Shown: positions 38,620 to 53,080, counted from the stretch's first letter. The stretch is 64,000 nucleotides of DNA from Sphyrna mokarran (GCA_024679065.1 JAGIQG010000040.1:4030001-4094000); one strand, 5' to 3'. Made by a program: numbers and translations. Notes: generated from the letters alone by a model not told the origin.

Positions 38620-40354
38620 TTCGGTCAAAATCCCCAACTGTCTTCTCCACCGTAATCAGAGAATACCACATTTATCCCCTTGGTGTCAGGCTCCAGGGAG
38701 ATAATTAAGTGATTAGGTTTTGATTTGGATTGTGCTAATCGAAACAAACCCATTGGCAAAGTTACTCTGCACCACGTGTTTAATTTGTTTTTTCCCCCCG
38801 CAGGTTCTGATGTGTTTCCACACACAGAGTGTATAATATAGTCCTTATTAAATTATTCCATAAAAATAATGAGATTTAAAATAGTGGATAGTTTAAATAA
38901 TGAAATGAGCATTGTACAAAAAAAATGAGTTTAATCGATTAATGCTGAATTAAGTAGTCTCTGCACCAAATAATAATGAACAGTGCTGTTCAAGTCGAGA
39001 ATGAAAACGCTGTTTAATTCTCTCTCGTTGTCATTATGAAGTCTACATGATGAGGAATCATGTTGCTACTAGTAGAAAATCTCTATGACTGTGCAGTTTA
39101 TTACATTTGTCTACGCATTCATTGTGGAAATATACAGGTCAACATACTTACATACCATGAGCCAGATCTTGCTTATGTATTTTAATTAAATATGACCTGA
39201 TCCATTTCAGCATAGTTACATGGCTGTTCAGATCAGCATGCTTATATACAATAGGCAGATTCAATCCAGCAAGTTTGAAAGCAGCAAGAAGAACAGAGGA
39301 ATCTGGAAAAACCTAGCACTTAAGTTATCAGTTGTCAGGAGAGAAACACGGATAATCTTATGCCCTTAATACTTCCTCAGGAACAATTCGATACATTAAT
39401 TGTGTCTCTCTCTTTATAGCTGCTGGCGATTATTTGGTTGTGTCGGTGTTGGATTGTGGTGGACAAAATGACAGACCACACGACAGTGGGTTCGAGTAAA
39501 ACAAGTTTATTTGAAATGGCGATCTTTTGAAGTGTTGCTCCTTCAGCATTTTAAAAGCTTCTGATTCCATTAAACCTGTTTGCTACAACCTGGATTCGTG
39601 TGAACTCTCATGTAAGAGATACTGACTGACCTACTAAGTTCTCTCAAATTCCTCTGGTCTTGTTTCAGGTTGCAATATCGGCGATATTTTGCTTAATTTA
39701 ACCTGAAACCTGGATGGGTCAGGTCCACATCAACATGCATGAATTCGTGTAAACAAGTCTAACCCATTAAAGTTATTTACTTCACTGATGCATCGAATTC
39801 CCGCCCAAGGTGGTAATAGTGAATAGGAAAGGTTTAGTTTAGCACAATTAATGTCAAGGTAGACAAACCGATTTGAAAACAAAAACACAAATTGCCCAGA
39901 ATTCAAGACTTCCTACTTTTGGTAGCCAGGACAAATTCACGATAGTACATTCAATTCAATTCGGTCCAGCAAAGTTGCTTTCAGTGTCTACGGGTTCAGA
40001 TCAGCTTTGTTCATCACACAATCTCTATGCCCCACCATCAGCCGTAGGAGTATTTGAGGGTCTTGTTTAATTGAGTGAAGAACCATCACTCACCAGACTG
40101 TACCTGTTGATTGAACGGGTTGCCATGATGAGCAGGAGAATCAACTCCACTCGTTTCTTCAAATGAAAATAATTATTTTGTACGGACGCAGCAGTTCCAA
40201 CTGTATTTAATTTTTAAGGAGAAATGGAATTATCAATGCTCCAACCCTACCCAAGCCTCCACATTCACCTCTTTCCCCAATATATTGACAGTAGTATTCG
40301 TGTCGTTTCCTGCTTACTGACTACAACTTATTTTTTTCAATGTAAAACTCTGCA

Positions 40355-43300
40355 GATAGTTTAGAGATGAACAGAGAAAGGGATAGTTTGAACTCATGGC
40401 TGCGTGGATGGTGCAGGAGGGAGGGGTTCAGGTTCCTTAACAATTGGGACTCATTCTGGGATAGGTGGGACCTCTTCAAGAGAGATGGTCTACACCTGAA
40501 CCAGAGGGGGACTAATATCTTGGGGGGAAAATTTGCTAAGGCTATGATGGGGGCTTTAAACTGATTCGGGGGGGGTGGGATCCTAAGTAGTTGGGGTGCT
40601 GAGAGGGATGAGAGTAAGGGGGTTATAGAGGAGAGTTGTAAAACACAGCGGCGTACGGGTGGGGTGGGGCATGGTTTGAGATGCGTATACTTTAATGCAA
40701 GGAGTATTCGCAATAAGGGGGAGGAACTTGCAGCTTGGACCAGTACCTGGAACTTCGATGTTGTGGCCATTTCAGAGACTTGGGTAGAGCAGGGACAGGA
40801 ATGGATGTTGCAGGTTCCGGGGTACAAATGCTTTAGTCGGAGTAGAGAAGGAGGTAGAAGGGGGGGAGGAGTGGCGTTACTGGTCAAAGACTGTATCACG
40901 GTGATCGAAAAGAAGTTTGATGAGGACTTGTCTGTTGAGGTAGTATGGGCTGAGATTAGAAACAGGAGAGGAGAGGTCACCCTGTTGGGAGTCTTTTACA
41001 GACCTCCTAATAGTTCTAGAGAGGTTGAGGAAAGGATTGCAAAGTCAATTCTGATTAGGAGTGAAAGTAGTAGGGTAATTGTGATGGGGGACTTTAACTT
41101 TGCTAATATTGATTGGAATAGCTATAGCTCTAGCTCGTTAGAGGGGTCAGTTTTCGTACAGAGTGTGCAGGAAGGTTTTTTGACTCAGTATGTAGATAGG
41201 CCAACTAGAGGTGAGGCTACATTGGATTTGGTGCTGGGCAATGAGCCAGACCAGGTGTTAGGCTTGGAAGTTAGTGAACATTTTGGTGATAGTGACCACA
41301 ATTCGTTACGTTCACCTTAGTGATGGATAGGGATAGGCATGAAGCTGGGGGCAGTAGTTATAGCTGGGGGAAGGGTAATTATGAGGCCATCAGGAGAGAA
41401 TTAGGGTGCATAGATTGGACTAGGAAACTACAGGGACTGGGAACATCTGGAATGTGGTGCTTATTCAAGGAGCAGCTGCTGCGAGTCCTTGATAAGTATG
41501 TCCCTGTCAGGCAGGGAGGAAATGGACGAGTAAGAGAGCCTTGGTGTACGAAAAGAGTTGATTTGCTGGTTAAGAAGAAAAAGGAGGCTTATGTCAGGAT
41601 GAGGCTTGAAGGCTCAGGTAGTGCAATGGATAGCTATAGATTAGCTAGGAAGGAGGTAAAAAGTGAATTGAGGAGAGCTAAGAGGGGACACGAGAAGATG
41701 TTGGCTGATAGGATTAAGGAGAATCCTAAGCTTTCTTTCGATATGTTAAGAATAGAAGATTGGTTAGGGCAAGATTAGGGCCAGTCATAGATAGCAGTGG
41801 GAAGTTGTGCGTGGAGCCTGAAGAGATTGGCGAGGCACTGAATAAATATTTCTCTTCGGTATTCACGCAGAGTGCTGGAAATGTAGCTGTGGAGAGCACT
41901 GAGGTACAGGGTTGCAAATTGGGGAGTATTGTAGTAGATAGGGAGGATGTGTTAGAAATTCTCGAGGGTTTGAAGTTGGATAAGTCCCCTGGGCCGGACG
42001 GGATTTACCCTAGGATTCTCTGGGAGGCAAGAGAGGAGATTGCAGAGCCTCTGGCTCTGATCTTCAGGTCCTCGTTGGTTACGGGTGTGGTTCCGGAGGA
42101 CTGGAGGATAGCGAATGTGGTCCCATTGTTTAAGAAGGGGAAGAGAGACCTTCCAGGGAATTATAGGCCAGTGAGTCTTACTTCTGTTGTGGGCAAGGTA
42201 TTGGAGAGAATTATTAGGGATAGGATTTATAGTTATTTAGAGAGAAATGAATTGATTGGGGATAGTCAGCATGGTTTCGTGAAGGGTAGGTCATGCCTTA
42301 CTAACCTCATTGAGTTTTTTGAGAAAGTGACCAGAGAGGTGGATGGGGGTAAGGCGGTTGATGTAGTATATATGGACTTTAGTAAGGCGTTTGATAAGGT
42401 GGCCCATGGAAGACTTCTACAGAAAATGCAGATGTGTGGAATAGAGGGTGATTTAGCTAATTGGATTAGGAATTGGCTGGCAGATAGAAGACAGAGGGTG
42501 GTGGTTGATGGGAGATATTCATCGTGGAGTTCGGTGACGAGTGGTGTGCCTCAGGGGTCTGTTTTGGGGCCCCTGCTGTTTGTAATTTTTATAAATGATC
42601 TGGATGAGGGTATTGAGGGATGGATCAGTAAATTTGCAGATGATACTAAAGTTGGTGGTGTGGTAGATAGTGAAGAGGGGTGTTTTAGTTTACAGAGTGA
42701 CTTGGACAAGTTGCAGAGCTGGGCCGAGAGGTGGCAAATGGAGTTTAATGTGGAAAAGTGTGAGGTAATGCACTTTGGCAGGAACAATAAATGTGTAGAG
42801 TATAGGGCTAATGGTAGGGCTCTTAATAGTGTTGAGGAACAGAAGGATCTTGGTGTATGTGTCAATAGATCCCTGAAAGTAGGCAGTCAAGTGGATAAAG
42901 TTGTTAAGAAGGCATATGGAGTCTTAGCTTTTATTGGTAGGGGGATTGAATTTAGGAGCCGCAGCATCATGTTGCAGCTGTACAAAACTCTAGTGCGGCC
43001 GCACTTGGAGTATTGTGTGCAGTTCTGGTCGCCACATTATAAGAAAGATGTGGAGGCATTGGAGAGGGTACAGAGGAGGTTTACCAGGATGTTGCCTGGT
43101 ATGGAGGGCAGGTCCTATGAAGAGAGGTTGAAGGATTTGAGGTTGTTTTCGTTAGAAAGGAGGCGGCTAAGGGGGGATCTTATTGAAGCATATAAGATGA
43201 TTAGAGGTTTAGATAGGGTGGACAGTGATAGCCTTTTTCCTAGGATGGAGAAAGCTAGCACGAGGGGACACAGCTTTAAATTAAGGGGTATGAGTTATAG

Positions 43301-43537
43301 GACGGATATCAGAGGTAGGTTCTTTACTCAAAGAGTGATTAGGGAGTGGAATGCCCTGCCTGCAGCTGTTGTAGATGCGCCAAGTTTGGTGGCGTTTAAG
43401 AGGTTAATTGATAAGTATATGGAAGAGAAGGGAATGGTTTAGTTTGGAGGGGCATTGCTTTTTATTTTGGTCGGCACAACATCGAAGGCCGAAGGGCCTG
43501 TTCTGTGCTGTATTGTTCTATGTTCTATGTTCTATGC
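40355..43537 (+). mobile_element. Young CR1 LINE: ORF1 C-terminus plus essentially complete ORF2 (APE endonuclease-RT)
   Basis: RDGLHLNQRG (SGNH/GDSL esterase-like), YFNARSIRNK, ISETW, MGDFN, SDHN, FADDTK; (TTCTATG)n tail; two single-base frameshifts at ~41305 and ~41728. Confidence 0.96.
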
Positions 43538-44939
43538 ACTTCTGATGATTTTCATTTAGTCCATATTGGGTATTTATATTCCTGTATTGCACTTCGAAGT
43601 ATACATTTCTGAGAATAATTTATTGTCCAATATAGATTTTAAACACACTAACTCAAGAAATTATCTTGAACAGAAGGTGCACCCTGTTTTATTACAATGG
43701 CTCCTTTCAATTCTTCATGATTTTCCAATTTCTTTTGCACTTGTTCAGCCAGTTCAATAATGCAAATTGGTGGATTCCGTATTTATTTTGGTAATATGCA
43801 ACTCACTATTGTTGATGGAGAATGGAACAATGGTTGCTAACCTCACCGGAATGTTGTTTTCACCTCATTGTCTCTTCCAGAAATAGGGTAGAGTTCCACT
43901 TTTCCTCACCTTGCAAGCACCGACTCACAATCATTGGATCATCCTCAGCATTCCAAGCAGACCAATGTGATATCGCAACTCAGCTTATCTAATTGTCCTT
44001 TTCACCTTCAGTATTCAAAAGGGAGCATTTACTCCTTCCCAATACTCAATAGTTTCTCTTTCCCGAAGTACCTTCACACTGACGGAGAGGAAATGCAACA
44101 CTTGTCTTCTCCCACAGCTATTTTCAGCACCCAAGGCAAAAAAAAGCTTCAGATGAAACAATGATTTCTTTGAATGTCTTTCCAATTAATATTTTGTTCT
44201 TGGCTTATGGTGCAGTCCACTCTGCACTTTGTTCACGAGGCATTGAAAAAGAGAAACATAGAAAATAGCAGAAAGAGATGGCTATTCGGCCCTTCGATTC
44301 TGCTGCGCCATTCATTTTTATCACGTTGGCCTCAACTACTTCCTGTGGTCGCGAATTCCACTGGTTCACCACTCTCTGAGTCAACAGACTTCTCAGCCTT
44401 GAAGCAACTCAGTCGTAAATGATTTATGCCTTATTCTCAAAGTACGTCCCTTCGTTCTAGATGCCCCCACATTGGGAAAATTCTTTCCGAATCTACTCTG
44501 TCTAATTCTGTTAAATTGACTGAATAATTTGTAGTGCACCTCTAATCAATCCACAAGTGCGAGCCTGTGGTTCTGATTATTTGTCCCCTTCTATCACTAT
44601 TTGGTTCCAAGTTTATTTCCCTGCGTTTGGCATCCTTTAATAATCCATTTAACTCACAATAAAATTGAAGAATTCCACCTGTTTTTCTCCCCCTTTTGAA
44701 CATTTTGCTTGACTGAATAAGAAGTTTTTTTAAAAAAAAATCAATTGGCTCCCTCTATCTTTTTCTTTTTTTATCTCCTTTGATTTTTTTTGTATATGTT
44801 GGTGACAATTCCGGCATTTATATTGATATATTACCAGGCATCCGTGTTGCAGCGTTAATGCTCCAGTCTCACATCATTTTGTTTTTCACCATCACTGCTT
44901 CAGACATATACTCTTCCCTGCCTTCTAATTAATCACAAA

Positions 44940-45620
44940 CATACGCTTCTGTACATTCAGCACTGCACTAACACACTTCACCTCCACGCCAGCCCACACA
45001 CAAAACAAAGGTAAAGACACAGACATAAATATACAAAACATAGACAAAGAACACATGGACGCATAGACAGGCACATATACATACGCAGGCGCGTGCGCGC
45101 GCGCACACACACGCAAATGCACATTCGCAAATACACACACACATACACGCAAATACACATTAGCAAGCACAAACATACATAAGCACACACAGATGCCCAA
45201 ATATACAGACACCTCTAAATGCACACAAACAGGCATGTGCACACAAAAACACTCGGACACATGCATGCAAAAGAATACAAATGCAAATAAAGATATGCAG
45301 GGAAACACACACATATGATTTTGCATACAAATGCGCACACAATCACATGGGCACACACATAAAGACACGCACATGAACACGCATATACAGCCACACATAA
45401 AGCCACACAAACACATGGATGCATGAGCGCACATGCAGACACACATATTCAGACTTCAACAAACACAGATACACTCTCAAGGGAAAACACATAGAAACAC
45501 ACACAAAATACATGCACAACAAAACGCACGCACACACGTACACAAACACAAGGTGCATGCATAAGCGCACATATACACAAAAATATGCACGCACAAAATT
45601 GCACAAGACAAACATACAGT
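44940..45620. repeat. Degenerate (CA)n low-complexity tract
   Basis: Imperfect CA/CATA/CGCA repeats. Confidence 0.9.
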
Positions 45621-47546
45621 GAGACAGCAAGCTTTCTTAAATAGTGCCTCATTACCATAATAGGAATTCACAAAACACTAGATTAAAATCCAGCAGCTTT
45701 ACGTTGAATAACGAGCTTTCTAAGCACTATTTCTTCATCAAGTGAGTGTTGTAGGAGCAACGCTCCAAAAGCTCTTGGTTCTGCATAAGCCTGTTGGTTT
45801 TAAACCTGGTGTTGTGAGACTTATTCGTTTGTCCACCCTAGTCCAAGGCCAGCATATCCATATCATAATTGCTATATAGTTCTCATTTGGATGTAAGATT
45901 ATCATCTTGAAATGTACACTGGAAACGTGTTTCTCCCCACAGAAACAGACTGATATATTGAGCATTTTCATTATATTTCTTTTCATTCCATTCATCACGG
46001 ACACATTCAATGTGGAAATGCCCCGTTTAGTATCGGTATTTCAGGGTGCATAGATCCAGTCCTCCACAGTTACTTTCAATGTGGGCCAGTCGAATTTGGA
46101 TTCCCCCAACATGAACAAATCTTTCCGGGAATAGGAAATATGCAGCCTGTTCACTTCTTGTGTGACAAGATACAGTTCATCATGTTTGAGATCAGTGCTT
46201 CACGACTAACCTCTTTTCAATGATATTCACTGAAGACTGGGTCCAATTAAGCACGATTGCAGTTCCTTATTATTCGACATTGTGAACAAGTTTCAGTGCA
46301 GCTGGTTACAGCTACTGATGATCGGGAAAGCAGATCAATTTTCAGTTTGCAGGACTAAATCACGCAAATTGTTTTCAATAGGTTCAATTCAAATGATGCA
46401 TTATTGTCCTCAGTGTGCGGTGACCCACTTCAGTTATGCTTCATTGACGTGCACAAATTCTGTTCTGCAGGATTTCTTTTAACATGGACTGATGAAGACC
46501 TGCTATACACTTTTTTTTTGCAGAATCCCAGTTTGCAGGGTGTAGAAGTGACCTGTTCAAAATGGTTGTCTGCAAATAAGTTTCTCAATGTTTCTGCGTT
46601 CGATGGAGAGCATTTCAGCCGAGTCCAGCTTTAATCAGCGTGGATTACTGCCTGTCGGTGATTTGAAGATCCAAACATTGAAGCCAAGTTCTTTTGGTTT
46701 CATTTAGAGTGCATTGATTCATTTGTGCATTCTGAAGTTCCGTGCATTCCGAAGTTCCAAAGCGCACTTGTTATATTAAGTGTTTACAGGCCCAGTTCAG
46801 CACTATAACTGTCATTGTTCGCCAACCTAATCTGATAGGGGTTAACGCGCAGAAGTCTCATTCATGTTGGATTCCTCCAACATAAACAAATCTGTCCGGG
46901 ATTAGGAAATATGCAGCCTGTGTGGTGACCCACTTCAGTTATGCTTCATTCAGTGCACACAGGTTCAGGTCTGCAGCATGTCTTTCGGTGAGGTCGCCTC
47001 TCACTCAGAAGGCTTTCATGTATGTTGGAAACCACTAAGAAATTAAAGACGGCAGATTTGGAAAATCACAATCGAATCAAGCAGAATCAGCATCACTTTA
47101 TGTAAGTGAAATCGTATCTTAATAAGTCATACGTGTCTGTCCCGGTATGCACCTCTCACACTCTCCTCAAGGTGCAGACTGACTATCCTGATGTCCCGTT
47201 GTCCCAGTGTCCCTTTCACACTCTCACGCTCACCGATGTGAGTAAGCTCGTTTTTCCAACACAAACCCGATTCACATTAATTCAGAAAGTCATGTCCAAA
47301 TGTTTCCGACAAAAATAATTCAGATGAAAGATGCAAGAGGACTTCGTTAAGCTTAGAAGGAGCTGCGACAAAGAAGCGGAAGATGTGAATGACGTTAATG
47401 ATGATTGACAGGAATGCATTGTAATCTTGGCGATTTTGTCGATCGAATATCTTTTACACTTTGAAATCAGAATAACGAGATGCTATTTAGAAATGCAGAT
47501 TTGTTGTCCTCCTATTTTAGGACTTGAAGTAGCATTGACACAATGT

Positions 47547-47619
47547 GCCCGGCTAGCTCAGTCGGTAGAGCATGAGACTCTTAACCTCAGGGTCGTGGGT
47601 TCGAGCCCCACGTTGGGCG
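47547..47619 (+). tRNA. tRNA-Lys(CTT) with a T39C variant
   Basis: GCCCGGCTAGCTCAGTCGGTAGAGCATGAGACTCTTAACCTCAGGGTCGTGGGTTCGAGCCCCACGTTGGGCG; intact A and B boxes; TTTT about 14 nt downstream. Confidence 0.92.
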
Positions 47620-48038
47620 CTGTTATTCTAAAATTTTGCTGCTTTCCTGGGTGAACTCCATTTCTCTGGAAGTGTCGCTGTCAATGTTGTTTTGTTAATA
47701 CCTCTATTTTCTGGATGGAACGTGCCTCCGCTCCTTTGGAAGTCGGACAGTTTAGTGCTTAATTCAGTGAGAATGTATTTTTTAATTATTTAGCACCAGA
47801 TTTGAACCCAAATCGGAAAATATTTATGTCAATGGAAAAAAGAATCTGCTCCATTATTAGCCAGATTTTATGTTGTATCATCATCTCTATCGTCAGAGTT
47901 TTGTAACCTATCACTGTCCTTTTACTGTTCTTCATTATCTGAACATGACATTTTCAACACAACGCAAAATGGTATATCTGCCGTACTGACACACATAACT
48001 AATTAAATAATAGTTTTTGCGTAACAATAAGTATTAAA

Positions 48039-48110
48039 TTTCCTAACTGGGAATCGATCCCAGGCCGCAAAGGTAAAAGCACTGAACTCAAACCGCTAGG
48101 CCACAAGGGA
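48039..48110 (-). pseudogene. tRNA-Glu(TTC)-derived pseudogene
   Basis: TCCCTTGTGGCCTAGCGGTTTGAGTTCAGTGCTTTTACCTTTGCGGCCTGGGATCGATTCCCAGTTAGGAAA; many stem mismatches. Confidence 0.75.
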
Positions 48111-49922
48111 AGTTACTGCATCTGCTTTCAAAAATCTAATTGATGTGTCAAACTTTTGCCTTTGATTTTTCCTTTCAGACGTTGTTTTACACCAGAAACA
48201 GGGATTTTGCTTCAAATTGTCATTTTTTCGGCATGAGAAAATTGACTTCTTAACCAATGAAATCATGGATACCGATAACTAGAACATGAAATGACCAGTA
48301 AAGTCAAATAAGATACTGATGTACAGCTTCCAATTTCCAAGCCTCAGCGCCTTCATCACTGCAAATTCTAAAAAAAACCGAGACTGTTGGCTAAAAACAT
48401 CACGGTAGAGAAGGGACAATACAGGATTGGTCTCAAAAAGGCAATACTGAGTTGTTATATGTATTAATTGTTTGCACATTCGCTTCTACAACTGAATAAT
48501 CGCGGCAAGACAAGATAGACATCCGTCACTGAAAGAAATTGACAGATTCTATTTTAAACACTTCCATGTCACATTTCTTTCTGTTCCTGTTGCTGCCTCT
48601 GCGACAGCTGCCTCTGGCTTTGCTAGGGCTCCTTGATGCTACATTCGGTCGAATGCAGCCTTGATGTCAGCGGCTGTCACTCTCACCTCTCCTCTGGAAT
48701 TCAGCACTTTCGTCCGTGTTTGAACCAGGGCTGAGTGGCCCTCGCGAGACTTAAACTGGGCGTCACTGAGCAGGTTATTGCTGAGCAGGTGCTGCTGAAT
48801 TGCACTGGTGATGACCCTTCCATCACTTTACAAAGATCGAGAGTAGACTGATTTAGCAGTAATTGGCTGGGTTAGATTTGTCCGGCTTTTTTTTGTCAAG
48901 TTGGGTAGATGCCAATGTTGCAACTGTACTAGAAGAGCTTGGCTTGGGTAGTGGCAAATTCTGGAGCAAAAGCCTTGAATACTATTGCAGGAATAATATC
49001 AAGGCCCATTGCCTTTACAGTATCCAGTGTCTCCGACCATTCCTTGATACCACGTGGTATGAATCGAATTGGCTGGAATCTGCCATCTGAGATCCTGGGA
49101 ACCAATGGAGGAGCCCGAGATGGTTCATCCACTCAACACTCAATGCCACAGAAACTTCAGCTTTATTTTTTTGAATGGGTGTGCTGGGCTCCTCCATCAT
49201 TTAAGATGGGGGTATTTTTGGAGTATCCTCCTCGAGTGAGTTGTTTAATTGACCATCAACATTCTCGCTTGAATGTGGATGGGCTGTAGATCTTAGGTCT
49301 CATCCGTTGATAGTCGGATCATTCCAGTCAGGGAATGAAGATATTTTGTTTTTTTGCAGAAGACGAGTTAAATGAAATTGGAATCATTTTCTGATCGAAA
49401 ACATGAGTGATATTGGTGTCTCTGACTCTGGAGTTCGTCACAACAAAGCAGAGATGAAGGTCTTCTTTCACGGATGGGTCACTTGGTGGCGCAGTGACTC
49501 CTTCACTGAAGGACTTTTTACTCAAATACAACCCAGATGGGACGAAAGGGAAATACCTGTCTGGGAAAGGGGGAAAAGCGTGTAATAAAAAATGAAACAG
49601 TGTCGAAGGGCTTTGAAGAAAGGAGTTCGGCAAGTTCATAATTTGCTCATTTTTCATTCAAAATTTATTAAAAGTTTCAGAGAATATTTTACAGAAAAGT
49701 TTATTTAAACGATAACGAAAGAGAATACAACAATTGATCTTCACATTGAGAAGACAATCCATACGCTCTGAACAGTCCAACATATATACAACTCTAACAG
49801 ACACAAGAAAGAATAAGCAGGAGCTCAACACATTGGGAAATGAACAACTGTGAATTAGAAACGCGAAAGGGTACTTATTTATACACGAAATTGCAAGTAC
49901 AGGGAAACTAGTAACTTCAATT

Positions 49923-50135
49923 ACATAGAACATAGAACATTACAGCGCAGAACAGGCCCTTCGGCCTTCGATGTTACGCCGACCAATTCGGAACAAGCAG
50001 CGACCCTCTAACCTAAACCATTCCCCTTTCATCCATAAACTTATTTACTAACCTCTTAAACACCACCAAACTTGGCGCATCTACAGCTGACGCAGGCAAG
50101 GCATTCCATACTCTTACCACCCTCTGGGTAAAGAA
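49923..50135 (-). mobile_element. Short CR1 3' end
   Basis: catagaacatagaacattacagcgcagaacaggccc.. is similar to the tails of the young CR1 copies. Confidence 0.85.
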
Positions 50136-50459
50136 CATAGCAACAAAAATTACCTCGTTCATTTCACACTGAAACACCGTCCACGATTGTCTCAGTTGCA
50201 GATTCAGAATGATAAACAGAATTTTACTGTTGCAGTCAACAACAGCAGATATTGCATTTGTGTTATAGAAAGAGCCTGCATTAGCTGAGGGAAATCTACA
50301 GCATCCAAAATTCAGCCCGTCGCTTGATCTGTAAAAAGAGATAAAATAAAAAAGAAGACGTTTTTGATCTGGGGAATTAATGTTAGTGTTTTAATCAGTG
50401 AAACATTTAGTCATTTTTCAAGCCGTTTCTGTCAAACCGTTCACTATAAGTGGATTGAA

Positions 50460-50596
50460 TCATCTTATCTTCACCAGACGGACTGCGGTGCTGTAGAAAA
50501 TGCTCCCGAAGGTCAGAATGATGAATGTGGAAGCAGTTGCCCAGATGTTGCCGTTATCATCTTCATTGTCTTCAATCCAGATACGGTCGGTGGAGA
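50460..50596 (-). pseudogene. Orphan IgH transmembrane exon
   Basis: STDRIWIEDNEDDNGNIWATASTFIILTFGSIFYSTAVRLVKIR*; acceptor AG changed to GG, donor GT changed to AT; flanks 50164-50640 align with window 1-490; no CH exons nearby. Confidence 0.88.
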
Positions 50597-51355
50597 CCAG
50601 AGAATGTAGACAAGAAAATAGAATTAAGTGGTTTTATTTATCCGAGTTTTTTTTTTAGTTCTCGGTTTCTTTGCGTGTATCCTTCAGTTTCATTAAGTTT
50701 TAATCTTTCTTTCTGTGTATCTGTGTAAATTTCCAGCATTCAGGCTTTATTTTTAAGGCCGGATTATTTCATGAGGAAAGGTTAGAGAGACAAGGTTTAT
50801 ATCCACCGGAATTCAGAAAAAGAGTAGGCTACTTGATTGATATGCATAAAATACAAAGGGATCTTGACAAGGTGGATATGAAGACGATAGTTTCTCTTCT
50901 GCGTGAATCTATAATTAGGTACCACTGTTTCAAAATAGGGATTCGCCCATTTAAAATAACACTGCACCACAGCCTCCTCTAATGTATATCTGTATTTATA
51001 AATACTGGTCAGTAGCAATGTCCTTCCTTGGTGCAAATAACAATGGGAAACGAAACATAAACTTTTTAACTAGTAGCTGCTCTCTCTCTCTCTCTCTCTT
51101 TCACTGATCAACCTTTCAGTCTGATGGGATTCTGCTGTGTTTTGTCTCAGCCGATCCTGGATTGAATTGGGTGACAGTTTGATCCGAGGTTAATGTGGTT
51201 TCCTCTGGGCGTGTGTCAGAGCGGCTAACAGCGTCGCTGCTCAATCTGGCTGTTACATACTGCGGCTCTCTACACAAACCTCAACAGACTAGAGCACCCA
51301 ATGATAGCTGCAAAGCAGTTTTTGTACGGGGGTGAGACTGCTTTCTATCACTGTG

Positions 51356-51922
51356 AGTCTGAAAGCGCAGTACTAGTGGCCAGCGTCAGTCAGCTGCAGG
51401 TTCGAGGTGGTTCACCTAGTTAATTTAGCCGAGGTCTGGAGATCAGCAGAGAAATTGGGTCCAAAACCTTCCCCTCTGTCTTGTGTATCTAAGGAGGTTT
51501 TCCATATAATGAACTGCAAATCGTTCTGTGACTGCTGTCTATACCAGTATAAGATATATTCACTTGCTGTAGTGCTGTAGGTACATCGGATAGTCACCGT
51601 TTCACCTTCAATCCCTTCTAAAGACTGCGGTTGAGAAACAGAATCTCCATCACTCGGATCTGTAACGTGTTCAAGAAGAAGAAAAAAAATCTAAGTATTG
51701 GACGTGCTGCTGAAATAATATTAACACTTTATATTCATCGCGACATAAACTGGAGTTACGAAATAAAAGCAAATGGTAGTGAAAATACACAGCAGGGTCA
51801 AGAACCACCACTGGAGAGAAGCAGAGCTAAAGGTTCAGATCGCGGTAACATTTAACCAGATTGGAGTCATTCTTACTGATAAGAAACAGCCCGAACACAA
51901 TGCAGATGGTGAGGAACTCCAT
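51356..51922 (-). pseudogene. TCR alpha/delta V pseudogene (leader 51877-51922, V exon 51356-51659)
   Basis: MEFLTICIVFGLFLI / GDSVSQPQS..ETVTIRCTYSTTAS..LYWYRQ..FSADLQTS..R*TTSNLQLTDAGH*YCAFR; near-consensus RSS CACAGTG (51349-51355), 23-nt spacer, ACAAAAACT (51317-51325). Confidence 0.9.
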
Positions 51923-52184
51923 GGCGGCTGCAGAGCCCGGGGCTGTGACTACCTTTAAAAATCCAAACACTGTCGGAACAGAATCTGTTCTTACAGTCAC
52001 TTTCTGATCTCAAACTTCCCGTCCAATCAACAATTTGAAATCTACCTGACTTAGATTGAGATAAGATTTCAATGAGTTTCAGTGATCAACTGAAGCCCTT
52101 TGACCTTCACTATTACATATCTGAGACTCAGTGACTGAGTGAGTGCAGTGTGTGGTGAGAGGGAAGAATCAGCTTCACTGACAA

Positions 52185-53080
52185 GGCCATAAGAGATAGG
52201 AGCAGAATTAAACCATTCGACCCATTCGTGCCTATTCCATCATTCAATCATGGCCGATATGTTTAAAATCCCAACAGAATCATAGAATCCCTACAGTGCA
52301 CAAGGAGGCCATTCGGCCCATCTAGTCCGAACCGGCCACAGTCCTAAACGGAACACTCCAATGATGTTGATTAGTTTGATTAGCCAGGCTAAATTGCTCC
52401 TTAATGTCAGAGGGATTAGAAGGTAAAAGTATGGGGTTACGGGGATAGCGGAGGACCTGGGTGGGATTGTTTTGGCGCAGGCTCGATGGGTCAAATGGCC
52501 TCCTCCTGCACTGTGGGGATTGTATTCTATGATTCAATCCCACCCAAGCCCATTCCTGTAACGCCACATACTTACCATGCCATCCCTCTGACACTAGGGT
52601 CAATTTGTCATGGACAATCAATCTTACCTACATATCTTTGGGCAGAAACAGGAGCATCCGGAGGAGATCCACACAGACAATACCGGAGGCTGAAATCGGA
52701 CCCGGGTCTCTGGCGCTGTGGGGCGCTGTCGCACCTGTGGGGTTTCCCAATCCCATTTTCATACCTCGATCCCATAATCTTTGGTCCCTTTCCCAAGCAA
52801 GAACCTATCTATCTCTGTCATAAATGTTCTCATCGACCTGCTCTCCACAGCCTTCTGTGGAAAAGAATTCCATGGATTCACCACCATCTCCCTGAAGAAA
52901 TTCCTCTATATTTCGATTCTAATGGACATCCCCTTATTCTGAGGCGGTGCCCTCGGATCCTACTCTCCCCTACTAATGGAAATATCTTTTCCATGTCCAC
53001 TCTATCCAGGCCTTTCAGTATTTTGTAAATTTCAAAGAGATTGCCCACATCCCTCGAAACAGCATCGAGTACAGACGCAG
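52185..53080. mobile_element. Nested SINE and CR1 3' fragments
   Basis: Head-to-head atagaatc/gattctat tails, V-SINE/HE1-like core, CR1 3' end. Confidence 0.6.

Noticed and set aside
40321-40980. 219-aa minus-strand ORF
   Set aside because: Antisense shadow of the CR1 ORF1/ORF2 region
44940-45620. Inverted homolog of the Cmu4-TM intron repeat, implying another IgH remnant
   Set aside because: Only low-complexity similarity; the unique flanks do not align
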